Assembly (NCBI GenBank): GCA_964647795.1
Contig: CAZYJP010000001.1
Coordinates: forward strand, 1 to 26,875
Source: an uncultured Thermodesulfobacteriota bacterium
Lineage (GTDB): Bacteria > Desulfobacterota > Deferrisomatia > Deferrisomatales > JACRMM01
Reading direction: 5' to 3'
DNA: 26,875 bases
Shown here piece after piece: positions 1-8,521 of the stretch. The notes beneath the pieces were generated by a model. It worked only from the letters and a program-made list of their open reading frames with translations, did not search any database and was not told where the DNA came from. Position 1 is the first letter of the stretch; the number at the start of each line of letters is the position of its first letter. Made by a program: the position numbers and the translations under genes.

Positions 1-27
1 GCCCTCCCGGACGTTTGGTTGCCGTTC

Positions 28-633
28 TTACTCCCCCGGCTGGGCCTCGGCCGGCGGGGCCGCCTCGGCCTTGGCTTCCGGCGAGGCGGCAGGCGCCTCT
101 TCGGCCCTGGGCCTCACCCTTCGGGGCTTGACTTCCCCTTCCGTCCCTCCCTCGGGGGGCGGGGGCCTGGGCTTGGGCACGATGCCCTGCGCCTGCACCC
201 GGTCTCGCAGCCTCGCCAGGAGGTCGAAGTGAAAGGCGTGCCGGGAGAAGGCGGCGAGCTGGTAGTCCCCGGAGTACTCCAGGGCCGACGTGGGGCACAC
301 CTCGACGCAGTTGCCGCACAGGCTGCACTTGGTGAAGTCGAGGAGGTATCCCGTGAGCACCTTCTTCTTCGAGCCCTCGGGTTTCTCCCCGGTAACCGTG
401 ATGCACTGGGAGGGGCAGGCGCCCTGGCACATCATGCAGACGATGCACTTGTCCCCCGCGGTCTCCGGGTCGACGACGAGGTCGGTGTGGCCCCGGAAGT
501 TCGGGGTGATAGGCAGCGTCTCGTACGGGTAGTGACAGGTGACGGTGGGTGCCACGGCGTACCGCGCCGTCAGCCTCAGGCCCACCAAGAGCGTCCACAG
601 CCCGCCAAAAATTTCCCTGAAGTAATTGATCAT
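28..633 (-). CDS. nuoI: NADH-quinone oxidoreductase subunit I (2x[4Fe-4S]) with Pro/Ala/Glu-rich C-terminal tail
   Basis: TCHYPYE...FRG start; two ferredoxin motifs CIVCMMCQGACP and CSLCGNCVEVCP; directly downstream of nuoH. Confidence 0.95.
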   Translation of the reverse strand: MINYFREIFGGLWTLLVGLRLTARYAVAPTVTCHYPYETLPITPNFRGHTDLVVDPETAGDKCIVCMMCQGACPSQCITVTGEKPEGSKKKVLTGYLLDFTKCSLCGNCVEVCPTSALEYSGDYQLAAFSRHAFHFDLLARLRDRVQAQGIVPKPRPPPPEGGTEGEVKPRRVRPRAEEAPAASPEAKAEAAPPAEAQPGE

Positions 634-637
634 AACA

Positions 638-1675
638 TCAACCCGCGAAAGGGGTTTTGAGCCAAAGGGCCGTGATGGCGAGGTTCGCCAGGGAGATCGG
701 GATCAGGATCTTCCAGCAGAAGTTCAGGAGCTGGTCGAAGCGCACCCGGGGGAAGGTCCACCGGATCCAGATCATCACCACCAGGAGCCCGTAGGTCTTG
801 AGGAGGAACCACGTGAGTTGATAGAGGTTGGCCAGAACGCCCGTCGAGGTGACCTCGAGGAAGGCAGGGGCGCCCCAGCCCCCGAGAAACAGGGTCGTGG
901 CGATGGCGCACACCAGGACCATGTTGGTGTACTCCCCGAGGAAGAAGAGGCCGAAGCCCATGCCCGCGTACTCGGTGTGGAAGCCGGCGGTCAGCTCGCT
1001 CTCGGCCTCCGGCATGTCGAAAGGGGCCCGATTGGTCTCGGCCATCCCCGTGATGAAATAGATCACGAAGGCCACGAACCCCATCGGGGTGAAGACGAAC
1101 CAATTGGGGATCACCCAGAGCCAGGAGCCTTGCTGCGCCTGGACGATCTCGCTCATCCGGAAACTGCCCACCCACAGCACGATCGTGACGAGGCAGATGA
1201 GGAGCGGGATCTCGTAGGCCACGCTCTGGGCCACGGCCCGGATCGAGCCGAAGAGGCTGTACTTGTTGTTCGAGCTCCACCCGGCAACGAGGATCGCGAG
1301 CACGTTAATCGCGGCGAGGAACATGATGAAGAGCACCCCGATGTCGAGGTCGCGCACCTGGAGCCGGGAGGAGAAGGGCACGACGATCAGGGCGGCGATG
1401 GGCGGCACGAAGCTCAGCAACGGGGCCAGGCGGAAGAGCTTCCGGTCGGCGCCTTCGGGGATCAGGATCTGCTTGCCCATGAGCTTGAGGCCGTCCACGG
1501 CCGTCTGCAGGAGGCCGTGGGGTCCCACCTCGAAGGGGCCGGGGCGCCGTTGGATGTGGCCGCAGACCTTCCGCTCCACCAGCACCATGATGGCGGCGTT
1601 GGCGAAGGCGAAGATCACGATCACCGCCACCGAGACGGCGATGCGCAGGAGTTCGGGCGGCAAGGCGTCGACCAT
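638..1675 (-). CDS. nuoH: NADH-quinone oxidoreductase subunit H
   Basis: ERKVCGHIQRRPGP, GWSSNNKYSLFG, AETNRAPFDMPEAESELTAGFHTEY, PRVRFDQL motifs; multiple TM helices. Start set to ATG 1675 (AAGGA upstream) rather than the track's 1798. Confidence 0.96.
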   Translation of the reverse strand: MVDALPPELLRIAVSVAVIVIFAFANAAIMVLVERKVCGHIQRRPGPFEVGPHGLLQTAVDGLKLMGKQILIPEGADRKLFRLAPLLSFVPPIAALIVVPFSSRLQVRDLDIGVLFIMFLAAINVLAILVAGWSSNNKYSLFGSIRAVAQSVAYEIPLLICLVTIVLWVGSFRMSEIVQAQQGSWLWVIPNWFVFTPMGFVAFVIYFITGMAETNRAPFDMPEAESELTAGFHTEYAGMGFGLFFLGEYTNMVLVCAIATTLFLGGWGAPAFLEVTSTGVLANLYQLTWFLLKTYGLLVVMIWIRWTFPRVRFDQLLNFCWKILIPISLANLAITALWLKTPFAG

Positions 1676-1693
1676 GCGGAGTGTCCTTATGGT

Positions 1694-1798
1694 TTGCTCG
1701 TTGCCTGTTGCTCGTTGCCCGTTGTGGGGCTCGCCCCATAGCCGATGGCGCGACCACGAACCTTCGAACGACGACCTGCCACGGCCCGCAACCCGCAA
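1694..1798. repeat. Degenerate heptamer tandem repeats in the nuoD-nuoH spacer
   Basis: TTGCTCG-TTGCCTG-TTGCTCG-TTGCCCG-TTG at 1694-1724, a TGGGG/CCCCA mini-hairpin at 1725-1738, and CCCGCAA x2 at 1785-1798 (TTGC core in the opposite orientation). Confidence 0.8.
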
Positions 1799-1816
1799 CC
1801 CCCGACGTGCAAGGGG

Positions 1817-2929
1817 TTACCGATCAATCTCCGGAATGACGAGATCCAGGCTGCCCCCGATGGCCACGAGGTCCGAGAGGAGCACCCCCTCGGCGAGCTC
1901 GGAGAGCAGGCTCAGGTTCGAGTAGCTCGGCGGCCGGATCTTCATCCGGTACGGCCGGTCGGTGCCGTCGCCCACGAGGTAGTAGTCGAGCTGCCCCCGT
2001 GCGGCCTCCACGGCCTGCACGGTGTCGCCGGGGCCGACTTTGAGCTTCTTGGGCACCTTGGCCATGAACGGTCCGTCGGGCAGCTTGGCCAGCGCCTGCT
2101 CGACGATCCGGAGCGACTGCTCCATCTCGGCCATCCGCACCAGGTAGCGGGCCATGGAGTCCCCCTCGGGTCGGGTGGGGATCTCGAAGTCGAACTCGGG
2201 GTAGAGGGAGTAAGGCTCCACCCGGCGGATGTCGTAGGGCACGCCGCTGGCCCGGATCACAGGGCCGGTGGCGCCGTACTTGAGGGCCATGTCCTTGGAG
2301 ATGACGCCCACTCCCTCGTTTCGCTTGCGGAAGATGATGTTGCCAGTGACGAGCTTCTCGTAGGTGTCGAAACGCCCGCGCAGGCGCTGAATGAACTCCT
2401 GCGTTCCCTGGAGGAAGTGGTCGTCGAGATCCCGCGCCACCCCCCCGATCCGGTGGTAGCTGAAGGTGATCCGCGCCCCGGTGACGTGCTCCAGGAGGTC
2501 CAGGAGGTACTCGCGGTCGTCGAAGGCGTAGAGGATCGGGGTGAAGGCCCCGAGATCCAGGAGGCAGGCGCCGAACCAGAGCAGGTGGCTCGCGATGCGG
2601 TTGAGCTCGGTGGTGATGACCCGGATGTACTCGGCCCGGGGCGGCACCTCGATACCGGCCAGGCGCTCCACGGCGAGCACGTGGCCGTGGCCGAAGGAGA
2701 GAGCCCCCGCGTAGTCCATCCGGCCCACGTTGGCGTAGAAGCCGGGGTAGGTGCGCACCTCGGCCATCTTCTCGTGCATGCGGTGGCCGTACCCGATCAC
2801 CGGGACCGCCTCGAGGACGTACTCGCCGTCGAGCCGCAGCACGATCCGCAGCACCCCGTGGGTCGCGGGGTGCTGGGGCCCCATGTTGAGGACGAGGGTC
2901 TCCTGGCTGGGATCGACCCTGGGGATCAT
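1817..2929 (-). CDS. nuoD: NADH-quinone oxidoreductase subunit D
   Basis: NMGPQHPATHGVLR, GYGHRMHEK, GRMDY, RMKIRPPS, C-terminal DLVIPEIDR. Start ATG 2929 overlaps the nuoC stop (ATGA); the track's upstream extension is out-of-frame nuoC sequence. Confidence 0.96.
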   Translation of the reverse strand: MIPRVDPSQETLVLNMGPQHPATHGVLRIVLRLDGEYVLEAVPVIGYGHRMHEKMAEVRTYPGFYANVGRMDYAGALSFGHGHVLAVERLAGIEVPPRAEYIRVITTELNRIASHLLWFGACLLDLGAFTPILYAFDDREYLLDLLEHVTGARITFSYHRIGGVARDLDDHFLQGTQEFIQRLRGRFDTYEKLVTGNIIFRKRNEGVGVISKDMALKYGATGPVIRASGVPYDIRRVEPYSLYPEFDFEIPTRPEGDSMARYLVRMAEMEQSLRIVEQALAKLPDGPFMAKVPKKLKVGPGDTVQAVEAARGQLDYYLVGDGTDRPYRMKIRPPSYSNLSLLSELAEGVLLSDLVAIGGSLDLVIPEIDR

Positions 2930-3477
2930 GCGCCTTCCTCCCCGGACACGTCGTTCTTGGGGCGCGGCTTCAGGGGATTTTCTGCGACCTCGGCCCCGGG
3001 GGGCGGGCCGAACTCGGGGATGAGCTCGGCCAGGGCCTTGAGGGAGGTCCCGTCCTTGCGCAGAGGCCGCAGGTCCCCGGCGTCCTCGGGCAGGATCAGA
3101 GGGCTCAGGTCGGGGTGCCCCTCGAAGACCACGCCGTAGAAGTCGTGGGTCTCGCGCTCGTGCCAGTCGGCCCCGGGGTAGATGTCGCGAATCGTGGGCG
3201 CGGTGGGGTTTTCCCGGTCGGTGAGGAGCTTGAGAGCTGTGCGGCAACCCCCCTCCACGTGGCTGAAGTGGTACACCACCAGGAGTTGGGGGACCGCGTC
3301 CACCGCCGTCACGTGGTCGATCAGGAACGCGCGCTCCCGCAGGGCGGCAGCGGCCTCCCGGAGCTGCGAGCGGGTCACCAAGGCGTCCACGTGGACGCCC
3401 CGCACCGCGTAGTCGGGCTGCACCACGCGGGCCGCGCCGAGACTCTCCAAGATCGTGCGGATCTCCTCAGGCGACAT
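2926..3477 (-). CDS. nuoC: NADH-quinone oxidoreductase subunit C
   Basis: [29 protein letters not shown]...PLRKD motif; lies between nuoB and nuoD. Confidence 0.93.
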   Translation of the reverse strand: MSPEEIRTILESLGAARVVQPDYAVRGVHVDALVTRSQLREAAAALRERAFLIDHVTAVDAVPQLLVVYHFSHVEGGCRTALKLLTDRENPTAPTIRDIYPGADWHERETHDFYGVVFEGHPDLSPLILPEDAGDLRPLRKDGTSLKALAELIPEFGPPPGAEVAENPLKPRPKNDVSGEEGA

Positions 3478-4078
3478 CCGAGCCCCTGGCCTTTCTCTTG
3501 GGGACGAACGCGCCCCGCATCTGGGGGAAGGGGTGCCGCACGCCGGCGATCTTCTCCTGGAGCTTGAAGATCCCCTCCATCAGTCCCTCCGGCCGCGGCG
3601 GGCACCCGGGCACGTACACGTCCACCGGGATGAGGCGGTCGACTCCCTCGATCACGTTGTAGTTCTCCGGGATCTTGAAGGGCCCGCCGGAGATCGCGCA
3701 ATTGCCCATGGCGATGACGTACTTGGGGGAGGGCATCTGCTCATACAGGGTGACCACTGCCGGGGCCATCTTCTTGTTCACCGTTCCGGCCACGATCATC
3801 AGGTCGCACTGCCGAGGCGAGGGTCGGAACACCTCGGCGCCGTACCGGGATGCGTCGAGCCGGGCCATCCCCATGGCCATCATCTCCAGGGCGCAGCAGG
3901 CAAGCCCGAAGGTCATGGGCCACACCGAGTTGGCGCGGCAGTACGCGAGAACCGTCTCCAAGGCCTGGTTTCGCAGGACCGAGGGCGACTCGTTATAGAA
4001 GTACCCCGGCCCGGGCTCGATCGCCGGGCACGCGGCGCACCCGGGGACTGTTAACGCGTTGGGATCTTTCGGGGCCAC
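3467..4078 (-). CDS. nuoB: NADH-quinone oxidoreductase subunit B
   Basis: [49 protein letters not shown]. Start placed at GTG 4078 (GGGAG upstream), overlapping the nuoA 3' end; the exact start is less certain. Confidence 0.95.
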   Translation of the reverse strand: MAPKDPNALTVPGCAACPAIEPGPGYFYNESPSVLRNQALETVLAYCRANSVWPMTFGLACCALEMMAMGMARLDASRYGAEVFRPSPRQCDLMIVAGTVNKKMAPAVVTLYEQMPSPKYVIAMGNCAISGGPFKIPENYNVIEGVDRLIPVDVYVPGCPPRPEGLMEGIFKLQEKIAGVRHPFPQMRGAFVPKRKARGSDVA

Positions 4079-4440
4079 GTGAACACTCCCTTGCGCCAGG
4101 CGTAGGCGATGGCGAGCGAGAGAATCGCGACGAACAGAATCACTTCGAAGGCGACGCCGTACCCGGGGATCTTCCGGTAGGCGACGGCGGCCGGGAAGAG
4201 GTAGAGCACGTCGACGTCGAAGGCGAGGAACATGAGGGCGTAGAGGTAGTAGAGGACTCCGTAGCGGATCCAGGCCGGACCGATGGGGTCCATGCCGCAC
4301 TCATAGGGGTCGTTGGTCTTGGACCAGGTGCTGCGAGGGGCGAGGAGGGCGGAGACGGCGAAGGGGAGGGCGGCGGCGAGGAATCCCACGGAGAGGAAGA
4401 TGAGGACGTAGGCGTGGTCGAGAACCCACTCGTTATCCAA
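4051..4440 (-). CDS. nuoA: NADH-quinone oxidoreductase subunit A
   Basis: Three TM segments, PYECGMDP loop, [18 protein letters not shown] start at 4440 is preceded by AGGAGGT at 5 nt spacing. Confidence 0.93.
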   Translation of the reverse strand: MDNEWVLDHAYVLIFLSVGFLAAALPFAVSALLAPRSTWSKTNDPYECGMDPIGPAWIRYGVLYYLYALMFLAFDVDVLYLFPAAVAYRKIPGYGVAFEVILFVAILSLAIAYAWRKGVFTWPRKIPTR

Positions 4441-4479
4441 GTCCCACCTCCTGGAAGACCATTTGTCCGACGCGGCGGG

Positions 4480-4509
4480 ACCATATTCCATTCGCTGTTT
4501 TCGTGTCAA
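4480..4509 (-). promoter_or_regulatory. Putative sigma70 promoter of the nuo operon
   Basis: Minus strand TTGACA (4509-4504), 18 nt spacer, TATGGT (4485-4480), 40 nt upstream of the nuoA start. Confidence 0.55.
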
Positions 4510-4888
4510 CACATTGCGGCGAGCGTGTCGGTGTCGGCTGTGTTTGTGCCCGTCGCGGCTCTGAAAAGTGCATGTTATGGAATGGTGCTTCGTGTTCTAA
4601 AGCGACACTCGGTCGGCCGAGATGAGAACATCATACGAAACGACCAAACTACGTTTTGACATTGGGTGCTTTGAATACTCCGCAATTTTTCGTGAGAAAA
4701 CGGGGCGTCTGGTTCGCGAGATCAAACCGTGTCAAACCGGGTTAACTTGCGGGCCCCGCCGAAGGGCCGCGCCGGGGACGGTCGGATCGACGACAGGGGG
4801 ATTTGACGCCCCCCCCGGCGGAGGGCATTCTGACCGCGCCTGTGCGGCAGCGTATCGGAGCTGTCCTTCCCAGGAGGTGTCGTCCGCC

Positions 4889-5833
4889 GTGATCGCTGCG
4901 TCGTTCCTGACCTTGGGGGGGGTGCTGCTGCTGTACGGTGGGGCGGAGGCCCTGGTTCGAGGCAGTGCCGCCCTGGCGCTGCGGCTGGGACTCTCCCCCC
5001 TCCTCATCGGCCTGACGGTCGTGGCCTTCGGCACCAGCAGCCCCGAGCTTGCGGTCAGCGTGCGCGCCTCCCTGGCGGGCCAGGGGGACATCGCCCTGGG
5101 CAACGTGGTGGGTTCCAACATCGCAAACGTGGCCCTCGTCCTCGGTGTCTGCGCCCTCGTGTGCCCGCTGCGGGTCAATGCCCAGGTGGTTCGCTGGGAT
5201 GCTCCGATCCTGCTCGGCTGTTCGGTGCTCCTGGTGGCCCTGCTGGCGGACGGGGTGTTGAGCCGCTCGGAAGGGGCAGCGCTCTTCGCAGGGGTCTTCG
5301 GCTATACGGCGCTGAGTGTCCTCTTGGCCCGGCGAGAGGCATCCCCCTCGGTCCAGGGCGAGTTTGCGGAAGGCCTACCCGCCGCCCCCCGCCGCCTGTG
5401 GGCCGAGGTCTTCCTGGTGTCGGCCGGTCTGGGACTGCTGGTGTTGGGGGGGCAACTCCTGGTCTCGGGCGCGGTCACGGTTGCCCGAGGGTTGGGGCTG
5501 ACCGAGGCCTTCATCGGGCTGACGGTCGTCGCGGTGGGGACGAGCCTTCCCGAGCTTGCCACCTCGGTTGTGGCCGCGGGGCGAGGCGAGGCGGACCTGG
5601 CGGTGGGCAACGTGGTGGGTTCGAACATCTTCAACGTGCTGTGCGTATCGGGTCTGGCGTCCCTCATCCACCCTCTGGCGTCGGCGGGAGTGACCCGGTT
5701 CGACCTCTGGGTGATGGTCGCCTCCGCTGCCGCAGTTCTCCCGGTGGTCTGGACCGGTTATCGGGTGAGCCGCATCGAGGGGACTTTGCTGACCCTCGGC
5801 TACTGCGGCTACTTGGGATGGCTGCTCGCGTGA
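4889..5833 (+). CDS. Calcium/sodium antiporter (YrbG-like, CaCA family)
   Basis: Two alpha repeats, GTSSPEL...GNVVGSNIAN and GTSLPEL...GNVVGSNIFN; about 10 TMs. Start placed at GTG 4889 after AGGAGG (4872-4877). Confidence 0.9.
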   Translation: MIAASFLTLGGVLLLYGGAEALVRGSAALALRLGLSPLLIGLTVVAFGTSSPELAVSVRASLAGQGDIALGNVVGSNIANVALVLGVCALVCPLRVNAQVVRWDAPILLGCSVLLVALLADGVLSRSEGAALFAGVFGYTALSVLLARREASPSVQGEFAEGLPAAPRRLWAEVFLVSAGLGLLVLGGQLLVSGAVTVARGLGLTEAFIGLTVVAVGTSLPELATSVVAAGRGEADLAVGNVVGSNIFNVLCVSGLASLIHPLASAGVTRFDLWVMVASAAAVLPVVWTGYRVSRIEGTLLTLGYCGYLGWLLA

Positions 5834-5973
5834 CTCCCGGTGAGCGGCGCGCCGCCGAGGGCGGCGCCGTGGACCGGCCGTGGCCCGTCGCAGCGAACCC
5901 TCTGGGCCCGTTTGGTGTCTTCCGGAGCTCTCGGTGCAATCCGTCCGTGGCGCGGGCGAAAGGAGAGACAGCC

Positions 5974-6567
5974 GTGGGAAGCGTTGATTGGAGTCGGAGG
6001 GCCTTTCTGGCCGCAGGAGCGTCTGCCCTGGTTTCAGCCGGTCCCGGTTGGGCGCGCTGCGTTGCGACGCCGAAAAACGTGGAAGGCCCCTTCTATCTGC
6101 CCGGTGCACCGTTTCGGGCTGAGCTCGCCCCGGAAGGGGAACCCGGGGACCGCCTCACGATCCGGGGCCGGGTACTGGGTTCGGCCGAGTGTGAGCCGCT
6201 CCCGGGGGCGATGGTGGACGTGTGGCACGCGAGCGCGGAGGGTTTCTACTACGACATGGAAGGGCCGACGGACCCGGAAGCCTATGCGCTGCGGGGGCGC
6301 GTGCGCACCGACGAAGGGGGCAGGTACTCCTTCACCACCATCCTCCCGGGTCATTACCGCCTCACCCGAACGCGGTGGCGCCCCCGACACATCCACTACC
6401 GGGTGTCCCACCCCCGGCATCGGACCCTGGTTACTCAGCTCTATTTTGCGGGGGATCCCCACCTCTCGGGAGACCCATTCGCGTTGCCGTCCCTCGTCGT
6501 TTCTCTTTCCGAGGCGCCGGGAGGGGGGCTGCAGGGCGCGTTCGACGTGGTCTTGGACCGGGACTGA
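5974..6567 (+). CDS. Intradiol ring-cleavage dioxygenase-like protein with twin-arginine signal
   Basis: SRRAFL Tat motif; EGPFY, VDVWHASAEGFY, TILPGHY, RPRHIH (Tyr/Tyr/His/His iron ligands); GTG 5974 preceded by AAAGGAG. Confidence 0.85.
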   Translation: MGSVDWSRRAFLAAGASALVSAGPGWARCVATPKNVEGPFYLPGAPFRAELAPEGEPGDRLTIRGRVLGSAECEPLPGAMVDVWHASAEGFYYDMEGPTDPEAYALRGRVRTDEGGRYSFTTILPGHYRLTRTRWRPRHIHYRVSHPRHRTLVTQLYFAGDPHLSGDPFALPSLVVSLSEAPGGGLQGAFDVVLDRD

Positions 6568-6582
6568 GACCTGGGGGACGCC

Positions 6583-7716
6583 ATGGGAACCCGAGAGCCG
6601 CGCCGGAGGGGCCGTGCCCCCGAGTGTCTTCGCCCGTCGCAGGAGCTCCACGAGCTCGTGCTCAGCAACATTTCGGATGCTGTCTTCATTACCGACGAGG
6701 CCGGGAGATTCACGTACATCTGCCCCAACGTCCACAACATCTTCGGGCGCTCTTTCGACGAGGTGACGTCCATGGGAAGCATTCAGGGGCTCCTGGGCGA
6801 CTTCACCTTCGACCGGGCGCGGCTGGAGGTCGAGGGCGAACTGGAGAATCTGGAACGGAGGGTCCGGGACAAAGCCGGCACCGAACATGTCCTGCTGGTC
6901 AACGTGAAGCGGGTGCGAATCGAGGACGGCACCTTGCTCTTCAGCTGCCGCGACGCGACCGAGCGCAAGAAGATGGAAGAGGCCCTGAGCCGGAGCGAGA
7001 GCCGGCTGCGCGAGTTGGGGCGCCAACTGGTCTCCGCTCAGGAGGAAGAACGGGCGCGCGTTTCTCGGGAGCTCCACGACGAGGCCGGTCAGTCCCTTAC
7101 CGCGCTCAAGATCCACCTGGAGCTGCTCCAGGGGGAACTGCCCGCCGGCGCTCGGGAGTTGGAGGCTCGATTGCGCGATGCGGTGGCCTTGGTGGAGTCC
7201 ACGGTGGACCGGGTCCGCTCCCTGGCCCAGGACCTGCGCCCCCCTTCCCTCGACACCCTGGGGCTCAACCGCACACTCGAGGGGTTTTGCCGGACATTCG
7301 GGGGCCGAACACACCTTCCCGTCGAGTACCGGGGTATGGAGTTTCCACCCCTGCGCGATGCCTCCCAGGTCTGCCTCTACCGTTTTCTCCAGGAGGCGCT
7401 CACCAACGCGGTGAAGCACGCCCGCGCGACCCGGGTCCGGGTCCGGTTGGATTGCCGTGCCGGGAAGGCACGCCTGGCCGTCGAAGACGACGGGGTGGGG
7501 TTCGATGTCGCCACTATTCTCGGCGACCAGGGGAGCAGAGGGGGGCTCGGCCTGGCCGGCATGCGGGAACGTTTGGATTTGCTCGACGGGCACCTGGAGA
7601 TCCGTTCGGCCCCGGGGCTGGGGACGTCCATGGTCGCCGTGGTTCCGGCGGAAGGGGCACCTCCCTCCCGCGAGGCTGGAAAGAAAGCCCGGGCAGGACA
7701 GGAGGGGCGGTCATGA
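6583..7716 (+). CDS. Cytoplasmic PAS sensor histidine kinase (HisKA_3, NarX/UhpB type)
   Basis: PAS-like N-terminus, EEERARVSRELHDEAGQ H-box, QEALTNAVKHA, EDDGVGF, GLGLAGMRER; no TM segment seen. Confidence 0.92.
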   Translation: MGTREPRRRGRAPECLRPSQELHELVLSNISDAVFITDEAGRFTYICPNVHNIFGRSFDEVTSMGSIQGLLGDFTFDRARLEVEGELENLERRVRDKAGTEHVLLVNVKRVRIEDGTLLFSCRDATERKKMEEALSRSESRLRELGRQLVSAQEEERARVSRELHDEAGQSLTALKIHLELLQGELPAGARELEARLRDAVALVESTVDRVRSLAQDLRPPSLDTLGLNRTLEGFCRTFGGRTHLPVEYRGMEFPPLRDASQVCLYRFLQEALTNAVKHARATRVRVRLDCRAGKARLAVEDDGVGFDVATILGDQGSRGGLGLAGMRERLDLLDGHLEIRSAPGLGTSMVAVVPAEGAPPSREAGKKARAGQEGRS

Positions 7717-8366
7717 TCCGCGTCATCGTAGCGGACGATCACCATCTGGTCCGCCAGGGGATTTGCGCGCTCCTCGAAAAGGCGCCGGACATGGAGGTGG
7801 TGGGCGAGGCGGAGGATGGGATCGCTGCCCTGGAATTGGTGCGCCGCACTCCCCCCGACATCCTCGTGGTCGACCTGGCCATGCCGCGGATGAACGGTAT
7901 TCAGACCATCGAACGGGTGCAGGCGCTGGGCGGGCGAACCCGGGTCGTGGTGCTCTCCATGTACTCGGACGAGACACTGGTGCGACAGGCCATCCGGACC
8001 GGCGCCGCGGGCTACCTGCTGAAGCGCTCGGTAACCGAGGAGCTCCTCCTGGCGGTGCGGGCGGCGGCTCGGGGAGAGACCTATCTGAGTCCCTCGGTTT
8101 CCCGGGTTCTGGTGGACGCCGTGCGGGGGGAGTCTGTCGAGCCCAAGGGGCAGATGCCGCTGGACCGCCTCACTCCTCGCGAGAGGCAGGTGCTGCAGTT
8201 GGTGGCCGAAGGGCGCTCGAACGGCGAGATCGGTCGGACACTGGGGGTGACCAGGAAGACTGTGGAAAAACACCGGGCCAGCGTGGTGGCGAAACTGGGG
8301 GTGAAGGATCTGGCCGGCCTGATCCGCATCGCTCTCAAGCAGGGACTGATCTTTCTAGAAGAGTAG
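7713..8366 (+). CDS. NarL/LuxR-family response regulator
   Basis: ADDHHLVRQG, VVDLAMPRMNG, GYLLK, LTPRERQVL...TVEKHRASVVAKL HTH; ATGA overlap with the kinase stop. Confidence 0.94.
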   Translation: MIRVIVADDHHLVRQGICALLEKAPDMEVVGEAEDGIAALELVRRTPPDILVVDLAMPRMNGIQTIERVQALGGRTRVVVLSMYSDETLVRQAIRTGAAGYLLKRSVTEELLLAVRAAARGETYLSPSVSRVLVDAVRGESVEPKGQMPLDRLTPRERQVLQLVAEGRSNGEIGRTLGVTRKTVEKHRASVVAKLGVKDLAGLIRIALKQGLIFLEE

Positions 8367-8422
8367 GGCAGTTCTGCGGCGGATGGTCGGCATGCCCCCA
8401 GAGATATGGTAGGGTAAGATTC

Positions 8423-8452
8423 TTGAAACAGTAGTGATTGCCCCCATATCTT
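8423..8452 (+). promoter_or_regulatory. Possible sigma70 promoter of the glutamate-synthase-family gene
   Basis: TTGAAA (8423-8428), 18 nt spacer, TATCTT (8447-8452) in an AT-richer intergenic patch. Confidence 0.35.
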
Positions 8453-8521
8453 CCCCCGGCGGGGGCGAGCGACTCTTAGGGCCTTTCCGGACCAAACTTC
8501 CACTCCCCCAACGGAGGCTCC

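Noticed and set aside
6643-6960. PAS domain as a possible LOV or heme sensor
   Set aside because: No GRNCRFLQ motif or recognisable heme-ligand pattern; ligand unknown.
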